Assembly: GCF_018977255.1 (NCBI RefSeq)
Contig: NW_024704742.1
Location: 128,590,001 to 128,654,000 of the forward strand
Direction of reading: 5' to 3'
Source of the DNA: Callorhinchus milii
Lineage: Eukaryota
DNA: 64,000 bases
The translations under genes were made by a program, and so were the position numbers. The notes beneath the pieces were generated by a model. It worked only from the letters and a program-made list of their open reading frames with translations, made no database searches and was not told the origin of the DNA. This document shows positions 52,101 to 62,719 of this stretch, piece after piece (the first letter of the stretch is position 1; every line of letters begins with the position of its first letter).

Positions 52101-55100
52101 GTTACTGTAAGTGCAGTCAAAGAAATAGGTCTTAATGTGGAATTTAAAGATAGATAAAGAGGGGGCAAAGCAGAGAATTGAACAGGGAAAACAGCCTATT
52201 AATGTCCACCTTATTGAATACTTTCATCATTTTAAGCATCTCTAAGGTCCCTCTCAATCATATTACACTCATGTTGCTTTGCAGATTAGCATCAAACCAA
52301 TTTATGATAAAATGTGAAATATTCAAACTAATGGATTAGAAACGCTGTTGGAGGCCAATGACTCTGTACTTATTTAATCACTTTCTAAAATTGAATCACT
52401 GAAATGTAATTTTGTTCCTCGTTGCAGCTTTTGAGGGCAATCCCAATTGGAGCAGGCCAAATCTATGGCTGTGATAACTTTTGGCCTTCTGTGATTATCT
52501 TAATGGCAGTTTTTCTATCATCTCCCATCCTTTGTGCACATGTTATCGTAGGCTCTGCAGTGGGTATTGCAGCAGGTAAGCCACGTTTTATTTCACACAT
52601 TCTGCAAGATATTTTGCCTTCCTCTTGGCAGAGGGGAAAAGGTTGAAATCTGAAAATGGTTAATGCCGACTTCAACATATGTTGATGTACAGTCAATTCA
52701 CTTTACAGTATATTCTGTGATATGCTTTGAGACATCTCAAAGATGTGATAAGGCACTATATCAATGGCAAGAATTATTATTATTGTATATCTGAACACGT
52801 TCACATTTTACTATTGTTTTTTACTTCTGTGCTTCCCATCGGTCATATCTGTTGTACCACAAATCTCAATATCTTTGTCTTTCAAATGCCTGTATGCAGA
52901 TAAACTCAGAAATAAGCTTTATATCCTACACAGCGTTCCTCCCCTCCTCTCCCCCCATCCTCTCCAGCACTTTATAAGCTGTTAGTGACTTTTGAGCTGA
53001 ATCTTTGTGTTAATTAGTACATCAGGGTGGACTCTAGGAACATTTTGTCTCAAAATTTAAGATCAGCTGCACAGAAAATGTGGAAGCTTCTTAAAACAAA
53101 TCTTAATTTGGAAGTCATTTACTGTAGTTCTTAAAAAAGTTTGTAAATTAAGATGGCATTTAAGAATTTTTCACAGTTCACAAAATGGCCTTGCACGCTA
53201 AGACTAGGTGGAATTTGGAGCCTTCGAAATCTTGTACTCTTCCTATGGCACTCACACCAGAGTCGGAAAGTGAATGTGCCTGTATCCACACATCACACTA
53301 AAATAACAATTCTTGCATGTGGGAGGTCGTCTCAAAGTGCTTCACAAGATTTATCGTAAAGTGTAGTGACTCTATTTTGGTGGCAACCAATTTGCCACCA
53401 TTTAGGTGGACAAATAGCAATGCACACACCACTTACAGCAACAGTGGAACTGACCATTCAATACAATGGTAACATCCATTGGCAGCGTGTACATTGCCGC
53501 AATTGAGTTTCCACCTGTTATCGACCAAGTCAGAATGAAATTTAAAAAAGGGCAAAATACTGCAGATGCTGGAAATCTGAAATAAAAAGAGAAGTCACTG
53601 GGAACACTCAGCAGGTCAGGCAGCATCAATGGAGAGAGAAAAGTGAGCTAACTTGACACTGATTTAAAATAATTGTTAAAAGAAACAAAGGGGAGGTGAG
53701 GAGAAATGTTTTCACACAGCGAGTTGTTTGGATCTGGAAAATATTGCCTGAAAGGGTGGTGGAAGCTGATTCGATAACAACTTTTAAAAGAGAGATAGAT
53801 AATTATTTGGGGTGGACAAGTCTTGGCTATGGGGAGAGAGTGAGATTGATTTGGATAGCTCTTTTCAAAGAGCCGGCACAAACTCAATGGGTCAAATGTC
53901 CTCCTTCTGTGCTGTATAAGTCTATGATTCTATGATTCTAAGCTATTGGCATGCAAGATATTTTGTTCCAGACGTTGCACATGAACTACTAGGTTAGAAA
54001 CCCCAAAAGACAGAGAGAAAACAGTGTGAAATCTACACAGACACAATAAAGAGAACAAGCTGTTGATATTCTGGACTATAATGCTTGCTTTTATCCCAGA
54101 GGGTTGTTGATACTGTCCATTCTCAATAGCAAAATATGTGGTTTTAGTTCCACCAGTATTCCAATGCATATTTTGGTGTCTCAAAGCCTTGGCAATTGCC
54201 AACCTATGCTTAATACTGTCTGGCACATGTTCCCTCTTGGTGACATCATCCGCAAAACATGTGGCCAACTTCCACATGTATGCGGATGACGCCCAACTCT
54301 ATCTCTCTGCTTCCACCCTTGACTCCAGGGCCACTGCTGTCCTAACAGAATGTCTGTCAGACATCAAGTCCTGGATGAGAGTGTGCGATCTTTAATGATA
54401 TCCTTTTATTTTCTCTTATTTTAGGATTGTCACTTGGAGTGCCCTTTGAACTACTCTACAATGGACTCGCTACCTTTAATGGTGTTCTGGCATGTATGAC
54501 TATTGGAGGCCTCTTCTATGTCCTAACTTGGCAGACTCATCTCCTCGCAATTGCATGTGGTGAGTACAGCATTTCTGTTCCTTGAATGATCAATAAGAAG
54601 CACCCATTTCAAAAATACAAAGTAGACGGATTTATATCTATATAACGCCTTCACATCAGGGGAACATCCTAAAGCGCTTCATTAGCATGTCAGTATGGCA
54701 CATTCTGATCATGGATGTAATAATGATGACCCTCTCTGTTACATTGTTAAAATGGTTGTGACAAAATGCCAGCTGTTGCTGGCCAGCAAACAATTATACT
54801 TTACCACTTGGTTCAGGGAACACTGGCTTAACTAAAGTTTACTTAATTTTCAAAGTCTAAAGTTGCACTAATGGGTTAAGGTTTGGTTTCAGGGGATTTT
54901 GATCTATTGGGCTATCCTCCTTGATGGAAAGTAAGCGAGGTCTCCCAATGGATAAGCAAAGCGAAGCTGGCCAGCCAGTGTTCATGATCGGAAGCTGAAC
55001 AGATTTAGCTGATCTATATCTCGTTCTGATGCTGATTAACCTGCAATACCTCCAACACATTCTAGAGTCCCCAAGCCTTGGCTGTAGCCAACTTCCACTT

Positions 55101-58100
55101 AAACATTTCTGGGATATGTGAGTTGGGTGCGTCAAACCCAGACAGAGAGTGCACACTCCATTCCAGATACGTGGAGATTTCCAAACATATGGGGAACCTC
55201 TGAGCAATTTGTTTGGATGATGTTAAACATTGTGATGGGTTTCCATGTGTATGACCTCTAGCTAATGAAAAAAAAGGTTAAAAAATATATAAAATTCAGC
55301 TTTAATAAGAAACCATTTTATACAGTTTAAAAAATACATGAGTATCCAAAATAAAAACAGGTCACGTTTGAAATGCACACCACGTTAATCAGTATCTGAA
55401 TGAGAAATCTAGAGCAACATTGTGAGTTTAACCATACATCAAAATTACACAACATCCTGTGCTTTTTTTTAAGATCATAATATATACAAAAGTTGCATAA
55501 GGATTAGATGGAGTCATCCCATTTGAAGCTTTAAGCCTGGATAAGCTAGAATCAGAGAAATTAATAATTGCCATATTATACTTTACTCCACTGAGGTAGT
55601 AGGGCTTAGTTGATATATACTTACAATGAGATTGGAATCTCTCCCCATTGCGCTGTTAAGCTTCAGATACAGACACTCTCAAGAAGCTGCAAATTCCCTT
55701 GCACACTCGGCTGCTGAGAATCAGGTGTATATTTATTCACTATTGGGTGAGATTGAAATAAATTTGGTGTAATTCCCTCCTGATGTACGGTTAAACTCGA
55801 AAAGTTGCCATGGATTTCTCATTCAGATACTGATTCATTTGGGGTGCATTTTCAGCACGTCCTGTTTTTTTTGACAAAGAAATTTCTCTTAATGCAACTA
55901 CCCTCTGTGGAAATGATTATTTTTCTATGACAAAGGCAGAAAACATGTCCAGTATGTATTCAATTACCAGTGAGTCCTATTTCAATTTTTAGCTGCTACA
56001 ACTGTAAAACCCCCAGTGATCATCTTAGTCTGTACTGTACTGGTGGTTTTTTCTTTTTATAATGAACCTCGAGTTCTTTTTTAATGCGATTTAGAAAGTG
56101 ATCCCTTAGTCCGGACATACTGTACTGCCTAATTTGTCTGAGAGAAAAAGCATTGCTCTTTAGGATTGTGCTAAACTTGAGACTGCCATAATGTTTCATT
56201 ACAACTGTGTTTCTCAGTTTAACAAGAGTAGGACCCTTCCTGTGGTCCCCTGCCACCGTACCGCTCACTTAGATTCTTCCCTGATCTTTGTAAAATACTC
56301 CAAGATGTTATCCTACATGAAGGGCACTATGTAAATGTAATTTGTTGTTGTTGTGCCTCTATCCCCTATAGCAGCGTTTTCCAATCAACCTGTCATCGAA
56401 GTGGTTCCAGGTCCATAGCCCATTAGCAGGTCAATACCAGAGATCCACTTAGACTGAGTGACATGACAGACTCATTTAGACCTTATAGAGTTGTAAACAT
56501 TCTTAATTGAGATTGAAAAAGTAAATCCAGAAAAATGCTTCACGATGCATCGAAACATAGGTTTAGAGTTGCAAAGGGCAATTTCAGGATAGATACCAGG
56601 AAGTTTTTCTTTATTGAAGTTGATATTGGATTCATTTAAAAAAAACAGCTAGATATTGTGATGGGAGGTCAAGGTGTTCGGGGGGAATGGGATCAAATAG
56701 ATCAAATGGCCTTCTTTATCGAAAGTAATCTTGTGATCTTGTGATTAATGGTCCACCACATTTTAAGAAGAAATTGAGGCAATCGCTGGTATCAGAAAGG
56801 TTAAGAATCTCTGTCCTATAGGATGCTTCTCATTCACCTGTATAGAGTCTATCCCATTCTGTGTGAAGGGTGCCACATAAATGCATGTTGTTGTAGAGTG
56901 CAAGTGATTTTTGTATCTGAGAAAGTAATGAGAGGTTGAGATATTGGCATTGATAGTCATTGTGTCAAATTGTGTAGCTTAAAATGCAAAATACTGCTTT
57001 GCTAATTGCAAGATGTGGGATTGGCCATCATAAAATGTGTAGGATCAGATTTTAATAAGGTTAACAAACAAAGTTTGGCATATAAACAGACAATCTGGTG
57101 ATGAATTCTTCCAGGAAACACACTTACATTGGTTGAAAGGTCTCTCAAATAGTCATAAAGAATGTTTGTTACAGATCGAGCATATTTCATTTATATTTTT
57201 TGCATTACTTTATTTCAATGTTACATATTTTAATTAGATCAGAAAAAGGAGATTGAAGATAAACAAAATTGCTTTGGTATCGTTGGTCACTGTGTTGTGG
57301 CTCACATAGCTTTTTGCATTTGATTTGGGCAATACAGTGGGGAGCCCTAAAATATTACAGTACAATTTACATGCAGCGCCTTTCACGGCGGGAGGACGTC
57401 TCAAAGTGCCTGCTGGACAGCAGCCGAGCTGGGGATGGAAACGACAGTCAACCCAACAATAAGCATGGTGATGGGTCTTTGCACGTGTTAGACACTCGGC
57501 TAACGAAAAGGAACAACCCAACAATATGAGAGTGTATATACCCAATTATGCAAATAACTTGACTGCTTGGGCTGGGAAAAGAAACAACAGCTTGCATTTA
57601 TAAAGCACCCTTCACACAGGTTAGCATCTCAGAGCGCTGTACAGCGGCAGCTTTGAACACCAAGCGGGGGAGAGGGGGAAGTGACTGTAGGCATGGTTGA
57701 AAAGGTAGATCTTCAGGTAGGATTTAAAGGTAGATAAATGGGGGATGGGATTGAGGCAGCGAGTTCCAGAGATTAAGAACATAGTAGCTGAAGGTACAAT
57801 CACCTATCGTGGAGCAGAGGGGTCGGGGGAAGTGCCTTGGGATGTCCTCCCGATGTGAAAGGCGCTTTGCAAATGTAATTTGTTGTTGTAGTTGAAGCAT
57901 AGCAGGATTGTGTCAGTTGAGTGAAAGGGGGCAACAAGTGGGTCTGATACAGGGAGCCACTGGAGAGGATTGGGGTGATGTGCTTGCAGAGATTAATGTT
58001 TGGGTTCTGCATCATAGTATCTAAACACATAAATTGTTTACGTTAGAAGGAAAATTTATTCCACATACTTTTTGTTGCAAAAATCACCCTCGGGAGTTTC

Positions 58101-60974
58101 TAAAGGTATAGTTTATCTTATGCATTTCATATCTATTATGAATCCAACATTAGCACGAATAATTTTATACAATATAACTGACATGGATGTTTTGGTGCAT
58201 GTTTGTGATTGTCAGTGTGAGGGGTGTTAGTGCTGGGAAATGGAACATTTCAAGCGCAATGTGTCAACGTTAAGTACTTTCATGTCAGCTGTAGCAGAGG
58301 TTAGATGCAGAATGAAGCTTCCTTTCTGCTGGGAGGTCTATGGAGACTCCTGTATCTGTGGCCTGACCAGGTCTGTTCATTATCAGCACATGCACTGTGG
58401 TCCTGAAAGTAACAATGCTGACAGCCCAGTTTTGCAGGCAGTTAAAGGGTAGAAAGCATAGAAGTTTATAGCCATTTGCCTAGTTTTCACACCAAGGGTT
58501 TCTTGGATGTGAAATGCCTTCCCAATTAAGGTGATAGAGTACTGTAGCGAAGTGGTTAGTGCTCTCCCCTCTCAAGCGAGAGGACTCAGGTTTGATTCCC
58601 AGGCAGGGCAAAACCTTAGGCAAGTTTCCTTACTCCACACACCTCTGTTTACCTAGCAGTAAGTAGGCACCCGGTTGTTAGTCGATTGGCGGATCGCTTT
58701 TCCGGGAGTAATAATTCCTTCAAAAAAAATTGGTCACTTCAATCCACAACTGTTTGTGCGTTTCACCCACTAAATACACAGTCAATCCATTTTACAATAT
58801 ATTCTGTGAAGCCCTTTGAGTCGCCTCAACATGATAAGGTGCAATATCAAAATGCAAGGATTATTATTATTTATTATTGAGGCATAGTTCATTGTAGGTT
58901 TCAAGTGGGAAGTAGACAAGTGTATGAAAGGTAGAGGCTTCAAGGAGTATGCGGATAAGGTAGGGCAGTGGGATTGAATGAGGATCAAACAGCAGACCAG
59001 AGTCGGAAGAGCAGAGGGTACGAGTTTGAGAAAAATACTGAAGGAGACTGCAAAGATAGAGTCATAATGGAGAGTATAATCATTTGAGTACATTAGTTAA
59101 ACAATGTGTGACTGAACCTGTTAATGTTTCCACAGCATTCTTCTCCTCTTATTCAGATCAAGCATTCCGAAATGTCTTGGCAATGGTAAGTAGAATTTAA
59201 TATTCATAATTTTAAAGGAAAAAAATGACTTACCTACTGAAGTCTGGTAAAATATCCATAATCTTCCCTTTGTCAGTAATAATTGAGTTAAAGCTTCAGA
59301 TACGTATTTCCATAGGATTCATTTTTATTGTTATTTAATTTAAATACATGCTTAATGGAAGGAAAAGATTTGCCATGAAAGAAAAAAAATTAAAGTTATT
59401 TTCTCAGTTAAAGCTGCAGTTTTTTATAACTCACTCTCTGGTGCTTTAAAAATCAGGCAGTAAATGTTGCCACCGTTTGAAATGCCAGTTTCTGTTATTC
59501 TCAGTGCATCATAAAACACATGATATTGCAGGAACATAGAAAAAACAGGAAAAGGAGGAGGCCGTTCAGCCCATTAAACCTGTTCCACAAGTTTATTAGA
59601 TCTTGTCAGTTTGTTTAATCCCAATGCTTCACCCTTTCACCACACTCTTTAATACCTCTTCTTCCCAAGTATCTCGATACCTCCACATTTTAAGTGTTAG
59701 CTTAGCTCAGTTGGCATCATTCTCAGCCTTGAGTCAGAAGATTGTGGGTTCAAGCTCATTGTTGGAGGTGCTGATAAACCAAGACAATAAAGGAAGATCT
59801 GCCTGTTCAAGTGGTAGATATTAAAGATCCCATGGAACTATTCAAAGGGAGTTTCTCTTGATGGCCTGGCCTACAAGCCCCAGTTAAAATTGGTTATTCC
59901 CTTCATGGCTAGTTGTGTGAGATTGATGTGTGAAAATTGGCTGTTGTGTTTGCCTATAATCAGTACATTTAACTGCAAAACCCTGTAAAGCACTTCAAGA
60001 TGTTTTCCCCATGCAAAAGACTCTATATCAAATGCAGGATTATTGTTAGTGGTATTGTTCTCTCTACTCTTGGTGTGAGGAAATGGTTTTTGACCTCAGT
60101 TCTAATATTAAACACATGGTCCATGTTAAAAATATCAATTACCGATGGAGACAGAACAACCTGTCCAAATTGTTACTAAGTCGGCAGGAATGATTTGATG
60201 TTAACAGAGTTGAAATTGGATATCTCCAGTAGAGAAGCCATTTTTAAAAAATATTTTTTGCATCTGACGAAGCATCTTATCATGTTGGCGAAATGTCTCA
60301 GAGTGTTTCAAACAGTTATGAAGCGAATGATCAATTTTATTTGGGTGATTGTTGACCAAGACTAGGAGAAACTCCCTTCTTTGGTCGAATAACGCCATGA
60401 GATCTGTAACATCCACTTGAACAGGGGAATGAGTGCTCAGTTTAATGTTTCATCTGAAGGACAGCAGTTCCATCAATGTTGTACAGCTCCAGCACTATAT
60501 TGGAGTGTCAGCCTGGTTAATGTAAGTTCAAAATCCTGTCCATGAATCCACAAACTTCTGACTCAGAACTCCATTACCAGCTGAGCTAGGCTGACGCCTT
60601 GACAAAAGCATCAATGATCTGAATGGCCTCCTTTCTGTATCTATGATCTATAGAGGTATGTCACACTCCTTTATGCGCAATATCTTGATGAATTTTAATT
60701 GTATTAAAAGCCTCACAAACACACTAAATAGCATTCTGTGAATATTAGTTCCACACTTTGAACAGTCACTGCTTGACCTTGTTTTGTTCATATTTAGGTT
60801 GGGTTACCTGCTGCTTCTTGGGCTTCTACCTTAACAATCACTTTATTTTTACTGGGGAAAAATAAACAACCGAAAATGTACAAACTGCCTATAAGTACGG
60901 TCTCGTACCCAGAAGAAAGCCGAAAATTGTATCTTCAATGGTCAAAGCCACAATCAAATGAGACAAATGTGTAG
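28089..60974 (+). CDS. slc14a: Urea transporter gene (SLC14A family, SLC14A1/SLC14A2-like; most similar to fish UT-C clade), 8 coding exons, about 364 aa
   Basis: Hand-spliced exons 28089-28161, 32463-32652, 48811-48939, 49499-49691, 52428-52575, 54425-54559, 59136-59185, 60798-60974 give one open frame of 1095 nt with GT-AG introns. UT motifs: [71 protein letters not shown]. Confidence 0.96.
31380..31707 (-). mobile_element. tRNA-derived SINE, short young subfamily, full length with target-site duplication
   Basis: Near-identical to 27532-27843 and 61539-61856; flanking GACCCTAT at 31372-31379 and 31711-31718. Confidence 0.94.
32047..32310 (-). mobile_element. L2 LINE 3' fragment
   Basis: (CAA)n tail and L2 3' end sequence. 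Confidence 0.85.
32463..32652 (+). CDS. slc14a: Urea transporter coding exon 2 (190 nt)
   Basis: Acceptor atatttcag|CT, donor ACAG|GTACGC; encodes (A)[62 protein letters not shown]. Confidence 0.96.
33620..35070 (+). mobile_element. CR1 3' fragment interrupted by L2 insertions
   Basis: [29 protein letters not shown]1 resumes after 34820 and matches the uninterrupted copy at 53665-53940. Confidence 0.9.
34118..34819 (-). mobile_element. L2 LINE 3' fragment nested in CR1
   Basis: [14 protein letters not shown]...[19 protein letters not shown]...LHWLP; ACACA on both flanks. Confidence 0.92.
36328..36675 (+). mobile_element. L2 fragment with large internal deletion (RT YxDD region joined to 3' end)
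   Basis: [12 protein letters not shown] directly followed by [11 protein letters not shown]...LKTFLF; (GTT)n tail. Confidence 0.85.
38263..38506. mobile_element. Palindromic MITE-like relic
   Basis: AGAATTGTGGAAAATTCTTAAA arm at 38330 pairs with TTTAAAAATTATTCCACAATTCT at about 38427-38449; GAGGC...GCCTC termini. Confidence 0.65.
39020..39710 (-). mobile_element. Two adjacent L2 3' fragments
   Basis: [10 protein letters not shown] and LHW-type remnants; (CAA)n tail. Confidence 0.85.
40925..41335 (-). mobile_element. L2 LINE 3' fragment (young family, as 45081-46488)
   Basis: [24 protein letters not shown]...RLWNSIP; (CAA)n tail. Confidence 0.92.
41373..43355 (-). mobile_element. Penelope-like retroelement (RT + GIY-YIG endonuclease), decayed, 5' part missing
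   Basis: [60 protein letters not shown]-terminal: [42 protein letters not shown]. Terminal repeat 41373-41480. Confidence 0.92.
41442..41478 (-). ncRNA. Minimal type I hammerhead ribozyme-like motif in the Penelope terminal repeat (probably degenerate)
   Basis: Minus strand AGTT-CTGATGA-agtgctgtggatcc-GAAA-CATT-GACT; AGTT/GACT can form stem I. Confidence 0.6.
43356..47040 (-). mobile_element. CR1 LINE ORF2 (RT) copy, frameshifted, split by an L2 insertion
   Basis: [67 protein letters not shown]; (CCATAAGA)n tail at 43363-43378. Confidence 0.95.
45081..46488 (-). mobile_element. Young 5'-truncated L2 LINE (RT through 3' tail) inserted in CR1
   Basis: About 340 uninterrupted L2 codons ([40 protein letters not shown]); AGGACAGA at 45073-45080 and 46489-46496. 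Confidence 0.96.
47042..47300 (-). mobile_element. Second CR1 3' end fragment
   Basis: Similar to 43365-43630 with a small deletion. Confidence 0.88.
47304..47613 (+). mobile_element. L2 3' fragment
   Basis: [22 protein letters not shown] frame; (GTT)n tail. Confidence 0.88.
48811..48939 (+). CDS. slc14a: Urea transporter coding exon 3 (129 nt)
   Basis: Acceptor tgttacacag|C, donor ATG|GTATGT; encodes (S)[42 protein letters not shown]. Confidence 0.96.
49499..49691 (+). CDS. slc14a: Urea transporter coding exon 4 (193 nt)
   Basis: Acceptor cacttccag|C, donor ATG|GTGAGT; encodes (C)[64 protein letters not shown], including an NVT sequon in the central loop. Not present in the supplied ORF track. 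Confidence 0.96.
52428..52575 (+). CDS. slc14a: Urea transporter coding exon 5 (148 nt)
   Basis: Acceptor cctcgttgcag|CTT, donor GCAG|GTAAGC; encodes [49 protein letters not shown]. Confidence 0.96.
53045..53222. mobile_element. Palindromic MITE-like relic
   Basis: Shares internal and terminal sequence (GCTAAGACT..G..GAATTT.G.GCC) with 38263-38506. Confidence 0.55.
53553..53650 (-). mobile_element. Penelope terminal repeat fragment
   Basis: AAAATACTGCAGATGCTGGAAATCTGAAA...CACTCAGCAGGTCAGGCAGCATC as at 8874 and 41373; ends before the hammerhead core. Confidence 0.78.
53665..53940 (+). mobile_element. CR1 3' end fragment
   Basis: [26 protein letters not shown]; (TCTATGAT)n tail. Confidence 0.9.
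54225..54385 (+). mobile_element. L2 RT internal fragment just upstream of UT exon 6
   Basis: PLGDIIRK and [14 protein letters not shown]...CLSDIKSWM. Confidence 0.88.
54425..54559 (+). CDS. slc14a: Urea transporter coding exon 6 (135 nt)
   Basis: Acceptor ctcttattttag|GA, donor TGTG|GTGAGT; encodes (G)[44 protein letters not shown]. Confidence 0.96.
55353..55870. mobile_element. Element with about 100-bp inverted arms (non-autonomous DNA transposon-like)
   Basis: Arms 55353-55450 and 55767-55870 with a perfect 23-bp core AATCAGTATCTGAATGAGAAATC (55387-55409) / GATTTCTCATTCAGATACTGATT (55813-55835). Confidence 0.75.
58540..58872 (+). mobile_element. tRNA-derived composite SINE, long form
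   Basis: Head, central block, partial Deu-like block, (ATT)n tail. Confidence 0.87.
59136..59185 (+). CDS. slc14a: Urea transporter coding exon 7 (50 nt)
   Basis: Acceptor gtttccacag|CA, donor ATG|GTAAGT; encodes (A)[16 protein letters not shown]; its phases bridge exons 6 and 8 exactly. Confidence 0.93.
59692..60050 (+). mobile_element. Old DeuSINE/SacSINE-like element
   Basis: TTAGCTCAGTTGG head, GGGTTCAAG box B, GTTCAAGTGG...AAAGATCCCATGG block, L2-like tail. Confidence 0.65.
60798..60974 (+). CDS. slc14a: Urea transporter terminal coding exon 8
   Basis: Acceptor catatttag|GTT; encodes [58 protein letters not shown] with stop TAG 60972-60974. Confidence 0.95.
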   Translation, partial: VGLPAASWASTLTITLFLLGKNKQPKMYKLPISTVSYPEESRKLYLQWSKPQSNETNV

Positions 60975-61538
60975 CGGTCATATTGAATATTGGTATTATT
61001 TCTATAGTAATAATACATCCTTGTATTTGATATAGGCCTTAGCACATTGCTGCAACGTCTCAAAGTGCTTCAAAGAATATACTGTGAAGTGAATAGACTG
61101 TTTTTTTGTAAGATACTGAAATACTCATATTTCACAAAGCAAAAAGCCTCCCAAAAACCACTTGAAAAGATTTGGTAAATATACATACAGCTTGTGAAAT
61201 CCTTTATATCAGATCATTTTTTAATCCAATCTTTGTCAGATGTGAATATTTTGCTGCAAGTCACGTTATTTGAATATTTTACATAGATTCAATTTATGAA
61301 AAAAAATACAAGCCCTTGCTTGCAATAATATTCCATGAAGAATGAACATCATTAAATTCATTTAATATTCCATTAGACAAAAGTAATAAGGAACATCTTC
61401 TTTAATATTGTGCACCTTTCATATCGAATGCTAATTTGATGGTTTTCTATTTACTGTTAATTATTTTCCCTAGTGTTGGAATAGTATCAACAGATTAAAT
61501 GTATTGTCTTTAAACTACAGTCTCACAACAACTGATTC

Positions 61539-61856
61539 ATAATAATAATAATCCTTGCATTTTGATATAGCGCTTTTCACGTCTTCTAGATGTCCCAAAG
61601 CGCTTCACAGAATATACTGTAAAGTGAATTGACTGTATATTTGTGGGCGAACGCGGCAGCCAATTGCGCACAGCAGTGTCCCACAAACAGTCATGGATTG
61701 AAAATAACCAATTTATTATTGTTTTGGTTTTGGAGGGATTATTATTAGGCTCTGTGTGGAGTAAGGAAACTTGCCCAAGGTTTCGCCCTGACTGGAATTG
61801 AACGCAGGTCTCTCACTTGCAAAGCGAGTGCTCTAACCACTGAGCTACAGGACTCC
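61539..61856 (-). mobile_element. tRNA-derived SINE, short young subfamily, full length
   Basis: Near-identical to 31380-31707. Confidence 0.93.
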
Positions 61857-62053
61857 TCAATCCAATGTAGAAAATGTTTTGAACCATATAATTTGGGGGG
61901 GAAATTGAATTGGAGCAAAATAATTTCCCCCCAAATTATATATTTTCAAATTGCTTGTTAGAGAAACTCTAGGGAATGGGCAACGTGCGAAGGTCTTTGT
62001 GTGGTAAAATGGATCTCTTTTAAGGTGATGATTGCATGGGAGAGATTGAGATG

Positions 62054-62059
62054 AATAAA
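62054..62059 (+). terminator. Candidate polyadenylation signal for the UT transcript
   Basis: First AATAAA I find downstream of the stop, followed by T-rich sequence; an ATTAAA at 61351-61356 is an alternative. Confidence 0.3.
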
Positions 62060-62719
62060 GACTTTTGGTTTTATTCAATCTCTTTTTGCAGAATAGCAAT
62101 ATAACCATCTTCTGACTGAGCCCCAAGCTGTTAGATTCCCGTAATCACTTCCACTACCAACTCCTCCACCCTAGATAGTTTCTCCTCTAAAGATACCACG
62201 CATATCCCTTTGTTTCTTCCTGCATTGCAACAAATTACATTTATATCGCACCCTTCACATAGGGCAACATCTCAAAGCGCATGACAATGATGGGTTCGGA
62301 CATTAAGCAGGGGAGGATAGAGATGGAAGGGAGGCAGAGAGTTCCAGAGGTTAGGGGAATAGAATCTGAATTACTGTTCATGGCGTAAACACCCTTTCCA
62401 TGTGAGTTGATGATTGACATGTAACCACTCCAATCCAGTACTCTTCCGTGTTGCTCATGGCGCAGTCTACCTCTATATCTTTGAGACCAAGCAAAGACTG
62501 GGTGACCACTTTACTAAATGTTTCCATTTTGTATGCTGACCAACCCTGTGTACCTTCTTTAACATAGATGCTACGTCATTAATTTCTGTCTATCGACATG
62601 AAAAGCCAAATTAAAGTGAATTTTTAATGAATTGCCCAGACACTGACGTGTCTTTGACCAGTGGATTTTTTTTGTGACTATTAGTACAGAGGGTTATGTT
62701 TCATGTCAACAGTACTCTT

